64,000 bases of DNA from Alphaproteobacteria bacterium (GTDB lineage: Bacteria; Pseudomonadota; Alphaproteobacteria; CAAHEQ01; UBA3637): NCBI GenBank assembly GCA_017412085.1, contig JAFPYS010000004.1:2671-66670 (forward strand). Reading direction: 5' to 3'. Both the position numbers and the translations under genes were made by a program. Positions 16,521 to 26,398 of the stretch are shown here, piece after piece; positions within the stretch are counted from its first letter, which is position 1; every line of letters starts with the position of its first letter. Below the pieces are notes generated by a model. It was not told the DNA's origin. It made no database searches and saw only the letters and a program-made list of their open reading frames with translations.

Positions 16521-18554
16521 ATGAAGAAGATTTTACTGGCTGTTTTATTGATGTTCAGCGTGATGATGCCAACGCGGCCTGCCCATGCTGTTGCAGGGCT
16601 GGATACGGCATGGTCCATTATAAAGGGCGTGGGATCTGTTTTAGAATCTGCCGGTGGTTTGATTGTGGATGCCGTTGAAATGGCCGGATGCAGCTTGTAT
16701 ATAGGCTCATCATGTGCCAAGCAATCGTCACAATTTACACAAAGATTGCGTTCATACACGGAAGATAGTTGCTGGTTTTGTGGTATTTTGGGCGATGTTT
16801 TTGATATTATGAACGATATTGTGACCGAGATGTGCGGCAATCTGCAATCGGTGTTTTTGACGATGTTGGGGTTGTGCATGCTGTTTTGGTTGTTGTTCCG
16901 CGTTGGTCGGGTGGTGATAAACTTTATGCCAGAGCCAGATACAGCTTTTGTGCCTGATTTATTGAAACAAATCCTGCGCGTGATTGTGGCGACATTGTTG
17001 ATTGTCAATTATACGGCCGTTTTTGATTATATTGTCAGCCCGTTGTTGCAGTTTAGTCTTGGCCTTGGAAACCAAATTACGGGGCAAGAATTAACTGGAT
17101 ATGTGTTAGAGGCCAAATTGGATAGCCAAGAGGGAGAATCTATACAGGATAGTGCTGTTTTAAGTGCGCAAAGTAGTTTATGTCCCCAATTGGATGCGTT
17201 ATTAAAAAATTCGGACGATGCTCAGAATGGCAAAGCATACAATGAAACAACAAAGGAGTCTTTTTTGTGTTATGTTCGATTCGGTAGTGCGGCTATGATG
17301 ACGGGTATGGCCATTGGATCAACGGCGATCCATGCTTGGGGCGCGATGGGGATATTTGAAAAGTTGGGTCACATGCAATTGCCGATTATTGGATTGGAAA
17401 TTTTCTTGGCCTTCTTTGCGTTATTTCTTGCCTTCCCGTTAAAGTTATTTGATCCGTTGGTGAATTTGGCATTTGTATCGTCTATGTTCCCATTATGGGT
17501 GGTGTTGTGGGCGTTCCCATTTGGTAAGGATTATGTTAAAAAAGCGTTGGATATGTTTGCCAGTGTGATTGTGCATTTAATTGTGATTTCCATTATGACT
17601 GTTATTGTGATTAACGTTATGGATAGCGCTTTGGGCAGCAAAGCAGATCGTGAGCAATTGTTCCAACGCTTACTAAACAATGACAATGTGGCGGATGTTT
17701 TTGAAGGGACAGGTAAGACAGGATTAAGCGTTGCTATCGGTATGTTCGGACTTGTTGGAAAGGCTACCTTGATGACTTTTGCATTAGGTTATTTTTCGGT
17801 GAAGCTTTTCATGAAAACTAAAGATATTGCAAACAGCTTTAAAGGCGGTATCAACTTTGGTGCGAATGAAACGGCCACCGAGATGTTGGGGACGCAAACC
17901 AAGCCTGGGACAAAATTGGGTGCGAATGTTGTATCTGCTGCGTGGCATCGTGTTGCTCCCGATAAGGACAGTCTTACACAATCTACACGTTCCAACACAA
18001 AGTTGGGCAAGTTTACGCGTGGCATGATGTGGGCGGCGGGTGGTCCGGTGGGTGCTATGTTTGCTATGCGGCGTGCCCCAACAGAAACCGGAAATACACT
18101 TGGTGAAACACTCGGCACAACATGGCTTGGGCGTGCGGTTAATAAGATGCGTGGGCGAAATCTTTTTGCTAAAGAGGAAGATCCAACAACAAAGTCCAAG
18201 TATTATTTGAATGGAGCCAATGGTGTTGGTGTCAGAAAGGATAAAGATGGCAAGATTACGAAGTATGACTTCAATACGCACGATTACCAAGAGATGGATA
18301 AGAAGGGTGAAGTGATGAAATATAATGTCAATACAGGTAAAGTAACGTTGAATGGTACTGATTATCTGTTGGATGCAACAACCGGTGCGATGACAGATTT
18401 GGCTGGAAAAGCGGTGGTCGATCCAGATGTTTTGATGAAAGCTAGAAATCTCAAAGCGCGTGCAGAAGGTACTGCCGGTGACGGCAGAAGAGGTTGGCAT
18501 GATTTTGAAGACCGGTTTAGGGTTAAAGGTTGGACACGTTGGACTGGGCCATAA
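16521..18554 (+). CDS. CWxC polytopic membrane protein, paralog 1 (VirB6/TrbL-like topology is a hypothesis)
   Basis: RBS AAGGGGG before the ATG at 16521. Signal peptide ..PTRPAHA/VA. SCWFCGILGDVFDIMNDIV..LFWLLFRVGRVVINFMPEPD, then multiple TMs. Basic C-terminal tail with KLGKFTRG and YD-like repeats. Confidence 0.6.
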   Translation: MKKILLAVLLMFSVMMPTRPAHAVAGLDTAWSIIKGVGSVLESAGGLIVDAVEMAGCSLYIGSSCAKQSSQFTQRLRSYTEDSCWFCGILGDVFDIMNDIVTEMCGNLQSVFLTMLGLCMLFWLLFRVGRVVINFMPEPDTAFVPDLLKQILRVIVATLLIVNYTAVFDYIVSPLLQFSLGLGNQITGQELTGYVLEAKLDSQEGESIQDSAVLSAQSSLCPQLDALLKNSDDAQNGKAYNETTKESFLCYVRFGSAAMMTGMAIGSTAIHAWGAMGIFEKLGHMQLPIIGLEIFLAFFALFLAFPLKLFDPLVNLAFVSSMFPLWVVLWAFPFGKDYVKKALDMFASVIVHLIVISIMTVIVINVMDSALGSKADREQLFQRLLNNDNVADVFEGTGKTGLSVAIGMFGLVGKATLMTFALGYFSVKLFMKTKDIANSFKGGINFGANETATEMLGTQTKPGTKLGANVVSAAWHRVAPDKDSLTQSTRSNTKLGKFTRGMMWAAGGPVGAMFAMRRAPTETGNTLGETLGTTWLGRAVNKMRGRNLFAKEEDPTTKSKYYLNGANGVGVRKDKDGKITKYDFNTHDYQEMDKKGEVMKYNVNTGKVTLNGTDYLLDATTGAMTDLAGKAVVDPDVLMKARNLKARAEGTAGDGRRGWHDFEDRFRVKGWTRWTGP

Positions 18555-18571
18555 TGGGGTATTAACATTAC

Positions 18572-19900
18572 ATGAAAAACACGAATCTGAAGCGGTTTTT
18601 AGGGTGTTTTTTGGGAATAGCACTATGCTTATGTTTATGTGCTTGTAGCAGTGTTACATATGAAGATCCATCGGAATGGGAACCCACTATTTTAAATTGT
18701 TGGGTGTGTGCGATTTATGGGACAAGTTTTGAAATTTCTAATGATATTGTTTTTTCAGCCACAGCGGTTATGTTCCCTATTGCGCGGGTTATGTTGGGAA
18801 TTGGGTTGTTGTATATCTTATTGTTCCGTGTGGGTGCCATCACAATGCTGATGCCTGAAAACAAGATGGCGGGGCTGATGAAAGATACGGGTTTTATTTT
18901 TTTGAAAGCCATCTTTGTTGCGGTTTTATTGGCTAATGGAGATGCATTTTTGTTAGCGATACGAGATTACGTTGTCTATCCGCTGGGGAACTTCTTTATG
19001 ATGATGGCGAATGCTGTGTTGGATTGTGTGCCGGGTTCGGGTAAGTATTTTTCCTCAATTGCAAAAATTACGCCTGAGGGTGTGGGAGATCCGCCGAATG
19101 TGATTAAAGGTGTTGTAGTAAGCATTGGGGGAGAAGTTGTTCCTATTGATCCAGATAGAACGATTTTTGGAGATTTAGGTATACAGGTTCAATACACGGT
19201 TTCGCGTATTTTTGTGTCATTAAAATCGGGGGCTTTTTTGGTGATGCAATTGTTGGCTCGTAAAGGAATTATGGCGTGGATTTTAGGACTGATAGCAGGA
19301 TGGCAAATGTTTAGTTTGATGGTGATATTCCCGTTGGCGTTTGTGGATGGCTTTATCATGTTGGCGTTTTATATTATTTTCTTGCCTTTCACGATCACGT
19401 TGTGGGTTTTCCCCGGTACAAAGGGTTATTTTAAAAGTATTATACCGAATATTTTATCACCCTTATTTCAGTTATTGTTCGGGTGTATAATTGTTGTGTT
19501 AATGGTTACTTTGATCCAGGTTTATGCTGATATGGGGTTAGATGGTATATTGCGGGATTCGGTTGGTGATGCGAACTCTAATGTGATTGATCAAGCTGAA
19601 AATGCAAAGCCCCCCATTATTATTATGGTAATGTTATTGATTGGAATCAGAAAAATGGCGTCTGAGGTGGGAGATTTTGCTCAATTATTTACGGGAACTA
19701 AAACAGATGCAACATTATTTGGATTGATAGATGCAGTAAAGAATGCGGCGAAGAAAGTGGCGGTGGCAGTAGCGGAGGTTGCTGCGGCTACGGCAACTGG
19801 TGGTGCAAGTGCGGCCGCATCTGTGGCAAGACGTGCGGCGATTGAGGCTGCCAAAAAAGCCGCTGAAGAGGCGGCAAGGGGTAGCGGAGGTGGTCCATGA
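18572..19900 (+). CDS. CWxC polytopic membrane protein, paralog 2 (possible lipoprotein)
   Basis: LCLCLCAC/SS is lipobox-like. NCWVCAIYGTSFEISNDIV..LLYILLFRVGAITMLMPENK, then multiple TMs. Ala-rich C-terminal tail. Confidence 0.6.
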   Translation: MKNTNLKRFLGCFLGIALCLCLCACSSVTYEDPSEWEPTILNCWVCAIYGTSFEISNDIVFSATAVMFPIARVMLGIGLLYILLFRVGAITMLMPENKMAGLMKDTGFIFLKAIFVAVLLANGDAFLLAIRDYVVYPLGNFFMMMANAVLDCVPGSGKYFSSIAKITPEGVGDPPNVIKGVVVSIGGEVVPIDPDRTIFGDLGIQVQYTVSRIFVSLKSGAFLVMQLLARKGIMAWILGLIAGWQMFSLMVIFPLAFVDGFIMLAFYIIFLPFTITLWVFPGTKGYFKSIIPNILSPLFQLLFGCIIVVLMVTLIQVYADMGLDGILRDSVGDANSNVIDQAENAKPPIIIMVMLLIGIRKMASEVGDFAQLFTGTKTDATLFGLIDAVKNAAKKVAVAVAEVAAATATGGASAAASVARRAAIEAAKKAAEEAARGSGGGP

Positions 19901-22323
19901 TATCTAAAATTAAGAAATATGCACTAAGAATTTTGATGATGCTTTGTGCCATAGGTATTATGTGGCTGTTATCGTTTATTCCCGTGGGCATTTTGAATGT
20001 GATTGCAGCGATTGTCTGGGGATTATGTATTTTAACAATGTTATATCTGTGTTTTTTATATTTGAAAAATGTCCGCAAAGCGATGGTTATTTTGCTTGCT
20101 TTTGTATTGACCAGTTCTGCATGGGCGGGAAGTCTTGAAGAATGCAATGTTTATGATCGTACTTCGCCTGAACAAGGTAACTTCTGTCGATATGAGCTTA
20201 TGTCTTCACAGTTGGGCGAACCCTTATGTAGGTATATCAGGACATTTGATCCCGTTAAGGTAAAACAAGGGGAAGCTGAACGCGAAATGCGTGAGTATGT
20301 GAATAATGCCAGCAAGGTTGTGCAAGGCTATAATATTTTGACCGAAGAATATCGGTCGGGGCTTGCGGATTCTTGTCATTTGGTAACAACAGAAGAGGAT
20401 CGACAGAAGAGTATAGAGGAAAGACGCCGCATTTTAAGTAATAATAATTCGGCTATTTGTTGCGCGTGGGCTATGGAATCTTTATTCCAAATATATAGCG
20501 CAACCAATGGCGAGCGTTTGATTGAAACGGTTCCGATGATGATGGCCAACGAGAAAATGCAATGTTGGCCGTGTGATGTGATTTACTTATTGATTACGTT
20601 GGCTAATACACTGGCGTACCGGTCTGCTCCAACAATGGCAGCCGTTGCTTTGTTCTTTTTAAAATGGTTCTTTATTTTTTGGATAGTTTTAAAAGTTGGG
20701 GCATTATTCTTGGGACGCAATTTTAATGGAAAAGCCTATAATGCATCTCAATTTATAAGGGAATTATTTGCCCGAGGTATATTGGTAATGCTTGCGGCGT
20801 TGATTTTGACAGATACGGCAGCTCAGCTAGATGATAAAACTGTGACAAATATGACGCAAATCAATGTAACACGACAAGAAACCTTTTTAGATAAAGCATA
20901 TCAAGAAGTGATTAATCCGCCATTTGAAATGATTGCGGGACTTGGTATTGAAATGGCGCGAGCACTGATTAATGGAGAGCAAAGTTTTTACGCCAATGTA
21001 GCTTCGGCGGCTGGGGTGTATGGCGTGGCAATGGAGCAAACAGATTATTGCTCTCAGCCAAAGGGATGTCGTGAAAAGGGAGATACGGGTTGTTGGTTAG
21101 GTGATAGCCCGATGTATCAATATGCAACAAGAGGAGGTGCTAGCGGCTCTGACTATATGTTGGATGTCACTTCACAAGGTCGAGCAATTGCGGATGGGAC
21201 GACGCGCTCTTTGTTATGCCTCACCCAGATGGCTTTTCAAGGATTGGCTCCTATTAGTGCGGCGGGATCTATTATTGCAACCTATTCAATTGTGAACAGT
21301 TTAACATTACCGTGGCCTTTAAATGGTGTTTTCCCAATGCTTCCTGAGTTATTATATGGTTTGTTGCTAATGATTCTTTGTTGGTTGTTGGGGGTTGCGG
21401 TGGCTTTTAGATTAATTGACATTATGATAAGAGTGGCGATGATGATTATGCTGTGTCCTATTTTTATCGTTGCAGCTGTCTTTCCGGCGACTAGAGATAA
21501 AGCGAAAATCGCGCTTATTTTTTTTGTTAGTGCGGTGATGGGGTTTGTAGAAGTGGCGTTAGCTGTTGGTGCAACTGTGCCATGTTTTTATCATGCAATT
21601 ACACGAAAAGGTAAAGAAAGGGAATTAATTGAAGCGATGGTCGCACCATCGTCGACTGAGTATGTGCCCAATTTATATGCACAATTTGCTCGTGATGGTG
21701 GATTTGTGGAAGATATGAAATTTTTCTTGTATATTTGTGTCGCTGCATGGATGGGAGTCAAATTATTAGAAAGTGTGGAAAAATTCTTTGAGCAGATTTT
21801 TGATCTTAATAATATTGGGCAAATTGGTGCGCCAAAGGATGCAAATGGCAATCCGACTGGGACAATGACAGCCGGCGCGACAAGTGTCCGCGCCTTTGTA
21901 GGCGATACGTTTGATAAGATGAAAGAAGTTCGAAAGAAGGGACGTATCCTTGCAAAAGGTTTTGCTCCAGGATTAGAAAAAACCAAATTGGGTCGGGGTT
22001 TGCAAAGTGCTAGCAGTTATACGGGAAGGAAGTATGTTGAAGGTAAAACGGCACTAAAAAACAGTCGTTTGGGCAGAGGTACAGCGGCGACGGCGCGGAA
22101 AGTTAGCACTGGTTATACTGCACTAAAAAATTTTGTAAGAAATAATCGTTTGACACGGGGAATTAAAACTTTGGCACAAAATACAAAGGTAGGACGGGCC
22201 GCCACATTCCTTGTGAATAATAAATTAACAAGGGGAATATGGAGAGTGGCGAAACAAGTGCCATCCCATGTTAAGGAACAAACCAAACAAAGTGTTCACG
22301 ATTTCTTCCATCCGCCGAAATAA
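19897..22323 (+). CDS. CWxC polytopic membrane protein, paralog 3
   Basis: ATGA overlap with paralog 2. QCWPCDVIYLLITLANTL..IFWIVLKVGALFLGRNFNGK, many TMs. C-terminal basic repeats KLGRG / RLGRG / RLTRG / KVGRA / KLTRG. Confidence 0.6.
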   Translation: MISKIKKYALRILMMLCAIGIMWLLSFIPVGILNVIAAIVWGLCILTMLYLCFLYLKNVRKAMVILLAFVLTSSAWAGSLEECNVYDRTSPEQGNFCRYELMSSQLGEPLCRYIRTFDPVKVKQGEAEREMREYVNNASKVVQGYNILTEEYRSGLADSCHLVTTEEDRQKSIEERRRILSNNNSAICCAWAMESLFQIYSATNGERLIETVPMMMANEKMQCWPCDVIYLLITLANTLAYRSAPTMAAVALFFLKWFFIFWIVLKVGALFLGRNFNGKAYNASQFIRELFARGILVMLAALILTDTAAQLDDKTVTNMTQINVTRQETFLDKAYQEVINPPFEMIAGLGIEMARALINGEQSFYANVASAAGVYGVAMEQTDYCSQPKGCREKGDTGCWLGDSPMYQYATRGGASGSDYMLDVTSQGRAIADGTTRSLLCLTQMAFQGLAPISAAGSIIATYSIVNSLTLPWPLNGVFPMLPELLYGLLLMILCWLLGVAVAFRLIDIMIRVAMMIMLCPIFIVAAVFPATRDKAKIALIFFVSAVMGFVEVALAVGATVPCFYHAITRKGKERELIEAMVAPSSTEYVPNLYAQFARDGGFVEDMKFFLYICVAAWMGVKLLESVEKFFEQIFDLNNIGQIGAPKDANGNPTGTMTAGATSVRAFVGDTFDKMKEVRKKGRILAKGFAPGLEKTKLGRGLQSASSYTGRKYVEGKTALKNSRLGRGTAATARKVSTGYTALKNFVRNNRLTRGIKTLAQNTKVGRAATFLVNNKLTRGIWRVAKQVPSHVKEQTKQSVHDFFHPPK

Positions 22324-22384
22324 CATTTTTTGACAAAAAAAACGATTTTTTTCATTTTGTCTATTTTCTTAAAATTTTTTTTGG

Positions 22385-22397
22385 TGTATAGTATACA
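22385..22397. promoter_or_regulatory. 13-bp palindrome upstream of the XRE regulator gene (candidate operator)
   Basis: TGTATAGTATACA is a perfect inverted repeat around a central G, 19 nt upstream of the ATG at 22416. It overlaps a TATAGT -10-like hexamer. Confidence 0.3.
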
Positions 22398-22415
22398 TGG
22401 AAAAGGAGACTGAAA

Positions 22416-23402
22416 ATGGAAGAAATTGTGTTCCCTAACCAAATTCGTATGATGCGGCGTGTTGCCGGTAAGTCTATGCAGGATATTGCTGATTTGTTGC
22501 ATTTAAGTATTTCCGCAATCAGCAAGATTGAAAAAGGGTATCGGCGTTTGAATGAAACACAGTTGCAACAGGTGGCCACTTTTGTGGATTGCCCAGTGAG
22601 TGCTCTTTTTGTGGCAGAAGGAACGGCCCAACCTGAGGTTATCCAGGCGTGGAAAGAAGAACAAGGTCGTCGCCACAAGATGAATGTGGGGGGCGGTTTG
22701 AAGACATTGGGTGCTGGTCTTCGCTATTTAAGAGGTCAGAAGAAGATTACCTTAGCCAATTTGGCGGCGGGAGCTCATATGACGTTGTCCGTTTACCATC
22801 GTATTGAGATGGGTCAAAGAGAGGTTGATGAAGTGGCATTTAATGCAATTGCTAGTGCCTTGGGAATGACAACAACCGATCTTCAAAAGAAAATTTATGA
22901 TTTAGATATGTCGGGTGCGTTGGAGGATTTAAAAAACAGCGAAACCCGCACGGGTGTAAATCTTTTTAAAGGTGGGTATAACGATTTGCCGATCAGCCGG
23001 CTGATGTTGCGCCGAGCGGAAGATCAAGAAGTGACAGTTCCTATTGAGGCTTTGCCAGGACAAGATGGAAAGCTCTATCGGGATAAAGCGCATTCTGTGG
23101 GGGCTGTTGTGTGCCCTTCCACTTTGGCAAATGATCCGGAATTGTATGCGGTTCGTTTGGGATCTCGTGAATCTTTTGCGGGCGTTTTGCCGCCAAGCGC
23201 GGTGTTGGTCGTTTCGCCTACGATGCCGTTGAGAGAGGGAGATTTAGCTGTGAAATTGAAATCAGAAAATGAAATTGAGATTGTGCGGGCACATAAAGAC
23301 GCTATTACAGGTTGGGAAATTTATTCTTTTGCAACGCAAGAAACGGAAAGGGTGTCTAATATAACATCGCTGCAAAGAGTTGTGTGGATTGCCTTGTTAT
23401 AA
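22416..23402 (+). CDS. dual-HTH XRE-family regulator with CI/LexA-like (S24-like, apparently degenerate) C-terminal domain
   Basis: Two HTH_3-like units: GKSMQDIADLLHLSISAISKIEKGYRRL and KITLANLAAGAHMTLSVYHRIEMGQREV. The C-terminus YAVRLGSRESFAGVLPPSAVLVVSP..REGDLAVKL..EIEIVR is like the CI autoproteolysis fold but lacks a clear Ser-Lys dyad. Confidence 0.65.
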   Translation: MEEIVFPNQIRMMRRVAGKSMQDIADLLHLSISAISKIEKGYRRLNETQLQQVATFVDCPVSALFVAEGTAQPEVIQAWKEEQGRRHKMNVGGGLKTLGAGLRYLRGQKKITLANLAAGAHMTLSVYHRIEMGQREVDEVAFNAIASALGMTTTDLQKKIYDLDMSGALEDLKNSETRTGVNLFKGGYNDLPISRLMLRRAEDQEVTVPIEALPGQDGKLYRDKAHSVGAVVCPSTLANDPELYAVRLGSRESFAGVLPPSAVLVVSPTMPLREGDLAVKLKSENEIEIVRAHKDAITGWEIYSFATQETERVSNITSLQRVVWIALL

Positions 23403-23414
23403 AAGGAGAAAAAA

Positions 23415-23984
23415 GTGGATAAAGAAACAACGGTACAGACAAAGTTTCACGACTTTTTAAAACAAAGGAACAGCAAGACCAATGTTGCCATGCAAAAGGC
23501 ACAAAAGTTGGTTAATTTGTACCGTGTCTTGAATGACTTTGGACCTGATTTTGTGACCGAATATAATGTCATGCTGAAGGAATGCTCTGAAGAAGTTCAA
23601 ACAGCTTTGCAGGCATTGGTGGGTGGACCAGAGGTTCGGCAATATTTGGAATTTTTAAAGTCGGAAGATCAAAAACAAGAAGACACAGAAAATTCTGCAT
23701 CCAATTCTCAACAGGCAGGATGGTTGCCGTCGCCCGCAGAGGAGCAAAAGGGAATGGAAACAAATGGGGAAATATCGTCGGATATGTGGAGTAATTTTGT
23801 GAAGGAACAAGACGCCAAGATAACGAAGATGATGGATGAATTTAGACAAGAGCAAAACGAAACCTTAACACGGCTGATGAATCAAGTAGCATCTAGTTTG
23901 CAAGCCAAAAAGGATGGTTCTGCGCCTGCGGTCCCCAAAACGGAGAAGCCTGAATATTTGGAAATTATTGAAGAGAAAAAGTAA
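23415..23984 (+). CDS. hypothetical protein (helical, acidic)
   Basis: GTG start with AAGGAG RBS, 12 nt after the regulator stop. No motif recognised. Confidence 0.5.
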   Translation: MDKETTVQTKFHDFLKQRNSKTNVAMQKAQKLVNLYRVLNDFGPDFVTEYNVMLKECSEEVQTALQALVGGPEVRQYLEFLKSEDQKQEDTENSASNSQQAGWLPSPAEEQKGMETNGEISSDMWSNFVKEQDAKITKMMDEFRQEQNETLTRLMNQVASSLQAKKDGSAPAVPKTEKPEYLEIIEEKK

Positions 23985-23993
23985 GGAGACACA

Positions 23994-25241
23994 ATGAATC
24001 TTGAGCGCATTTCTGAAGCATTACAAAGTTACACAGGGCAGGAAGATTCTATGCACGCTGTTACCGCCGTTCTGCAAGAAGAATTGGGGGATAATTGGAC
24101 GGAAACGGTTTTTGATGATCTTCAAGGGTTGGCACCAGCTTTGAAGGAAAATTTGACGCACGTTTTCAATTATTATGCGGCCACGATGGCGTGGAATGAA
24201 ATTCAAGGTTATTTGGCAGATCCAGATCTTCAAAACACGCCAGAATTACAAGAAAGATTGCCCGTTTTAAAACATTGGTTGGATTTCTTTGGTGCTCCTG
24301 GACAGGCGGCTTATCAGAGTCTTGAAGATCGATTGTCAGGGGAGGCTTTGCCATCAGAGAACGCTGATGGAACGGATGCGGCAGATGATAGTGAAGCAAA
24401 TGCTGGGGCTTCTGATTTGGAAGAGATGGCAAGTGAAGAGGATGAGAAAATTCCTTCAGCTGAGTCTGAAGAGACAAAAGAGGATTTACCTGTTGAAGAG
24501 ACTGAAATATCGGATCCAGTTGAAGCGTTGTCGAAAGAAGAAGACGTGCCGAACGTTGAAGAAACGACGGAAGAACCTGTGCCTGAAAATGATACGGCTC
24601 AGGCAGATGATTCTCCTGAGGCTTTTGAGATTTCAAAATTAAATACGCAGGTTGAGCTGTTAGATAAAAATCAGGCCTGGTTGGCGGCCAGATGTATTCA
24701 ATTAAAGGATATAGAAATTTATGCCTATCCATTTTATGGGTATATTGTGGATATGATGCGCCAAATTATAAAAAGCATGAATGCGATTTTGGAAAATGAG
24801 GCAGCAAAGAATCTTGTTGAAACGAAGTTTCCGGGAGGGATGACGGCCTTTGATAATAAAAAGCAAGCCATAGAGCATGATATTGCGTTGGCCGAGCAGA
24901 ATTGCGAATCGGCGACAACGGCTTTGATTTCCGAGGATATGGATATGGATGAAGTAAAACGTACTTTGGGAACAATTGATGACAGTGATACTGTTGAATA
25001 TGTGGGACCTGCACCAGATGGATTTGAATTGATTGATGATGAAACGCCGCTGGATGAAACAGCTATTAAAAAGCAATATGAAAAGTTGGAAAATATGGAT
25101 GCTTTAACGGGGGATAAAACAGAACAATCGTCTGAATCAAATGAGGCAGAAGAAAATACTTCACAAACACAACAAAAAGGTGTACAAAGAAAATTGTCCT
25201 TTTCATTAAAGCGTAAGAAACCAGCAGGGGGAACGAACTGA
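23994..25241 (+). CDS. hypothetical highly acidic protein
   Basis: 415 aa with a long D/E-rich centre (EEMASEEDEKIPSAESEETKEDLPVEETE..). RBS AAGGAG. Tightly packed in the operon. Confidence 0.5.
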   Translation: MNLERISEALQSYTGQEDSMHAVTAVLQEELGDNWTETVFDDLQGLAPALKENLTHVFNYYAATMAWNEIQGYLADPDLQNTPELQERLPVLKHWLDFFGAPGQAAYQSLEDRLSGEALPSENADGTDAADDSEANAGASDLEEMASEEDEKIPSAESEETKEDLPVEETEISDPVEALSKEEDVPNVEETTEEPVPENDTAQADDSPEAFEISKLNTQVELLDKNQAWLAARCIQLKDIEIYAYPFYGYIVDMMRQIIKSMNAILENEAAKNLVETKFPGGMTAFDNKKQAIEHDIALAEQNCESATTALISEDMDMDEVKRTLGTIDDSDTVEYVGPAPDGFELIDDETPLDETAIKKQYEKLENMDALTGDKTEQSSESNEAEENTSQTQQKGVQRKLSFSLKRKKPAGGTN

Positions 25242-25254
25242 TCAAAGGAGGCAC

Positions 25255-26397
25255 ATGAAGATACGGTATATTTTACAAGCAGCGATGGTAATTTGTATGT
25301 CTTGTCAAGTGATGGCGGATATTAATGTGCGCCGCGCTTCTCCAGCCGCGTATGTGGATCCTGAAATGCCATTTCGTTGTATGCTGCCCGGAACAGATAA
25401 GCAAGTTTCCAATACAATTGTGTTAACGCCAGATGATTTTTCGTTCATTTCATTGCAAAGTGGTGATATGTTGCCAAGATATGCGGTAAATGGTTATACT
25501 TTCCATAATAAGCCAATTGATGCGGTATTATCTGATTTATTAAAATCTGCGGGCATCAAAGTGCTTGCACCACAAACGGAATATACACTGTTGGATGGTA
25601 AGAATGTAAAGGGTGAGTTATCTTCCGTTGTTGAACAATTGGCTGATGCGGGTGAAATTTTTTACAGCTACAAAGAATCAACAAAGACGTTAACATTATT
25701 GCGTCGCACGGAATTTGCGTTAACTGTGCCCCAAAACAAGGTTGTTTTGTTGGCTGTGTTGGATGCGTTACGGGGAAGTGAGATTGAAAATTTGAATGTG
25801 GATTGGGAGAAATATCAAATTCGTATGAGCGTGTCTCCGGAAGAATTGCAAAAAGCCAAAAAAATAGTTCGTCAAATTTTGGATGATTCTTATCTTTTGG
25901 CGGCGGATATTGAGGGATATCAAGCGATTCCATATCAAAATTCAATCGCGTGGCAAGGGGTGTTAAACGAAAGCACCGGATTGTTGTCATCCATCGGACG
26001 CGCAATGGTTGGACGTCCCGTTGTTTTAAAGAGCAAGACAAGTGTGGATTCTTTTTTGGCGCGTGTTGAGAAGGCTTACCAGTTAACGCCTTTGGTGGCT
26101 GGACAGGCTGTCGTTCCAAATGGTTGGCAAATGCGCTTTAACGTCAATGAATGTGCAAACAACACATTGCCATATCCCAATATGTCGATTGTTATGAAAA
26201 CAAGAATTAAAGATCAATCCAGCGAACGGACACAGGTGACATTGGTCAGTGCTGGATCGACGGTGTCTTCTTTTGATGTCAGCAGCGCTTTGAATCAAGA
26301 AGTGGCGTTGATTGGCATCCCGACAAAAGTTGGTAATGCGGAATTGATGTTTACGCTTAAGTTTAATTTAATACGTTTTATACAGAAAGGAGAATAA
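25255..26397 (+). CDS. secreted protein with possible STN/secretin-N0-like and NolW-like modules
   Basis: Signal peptide MKIRYILQAAMVICMSCQVMA/D. YTFHNKPIDAVLSDLLKSAGIKVL and LLAVLDALRGSEIENLNVDWEKYQIRMSV look like secretin N-domains. No canonical secretin C-domain seen. Low certainty. Confidence 0.45.
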   Translation: MKIRYILQAAMVICMSCQVMADINVRRASPAAYVDPEMPFRCMLPGTDKQVSNTIVLTPDDFSFISLQSGDMLPRYAVNGYTFHNKPIDAVLSDLLKSAGIKVLAPQTEYTLLDGKNVKGELSSVVEQLADAGEIFYSYKESTKTLTLLRRTEFALTVPQNKVVLLAVLDALRGSEIENLNVDWEKYQIRMSVSPEELQKAKKIVRQILDDSYLLAADIEGYQAIPYQNSIAWQGVLNESTGLLSSIGRAMVGRPVVLKSKTSVDSFLARVEKAYQLTPLVAGQAVVPNGWQMRFNVNECANNTLPYPNMSIVMKTRIKDQSSERTQVTLVSAGSTVSSFDVSSALNQEVALIGIPTKVGNAELMFTLKFNLIRFIQKGE

Positions 26398-26398
26398 T

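Noticed and set aside
17784-18623. 279-aa minus-strand ORF, plus 17789-18199 and 16493-17008
   Set aside because: They are entirely antisense to CWxC paralog 1, whose paralogy with the two downstream genes supports the plus-strand frame. They are Cys/His/Thr-rich with no RBS or motif.
24166-25076. Several 80-190-aa ORFs on both strands inside the acidic protein gene (24166-24732, 24289-24642, 24702-25076)
   Set aside because: They are typical shadow frames of GAA/GAT-rich low-complexity coding sequence. The 415-aa plus-strand frame fits the tight operon spacing and has an RBS.
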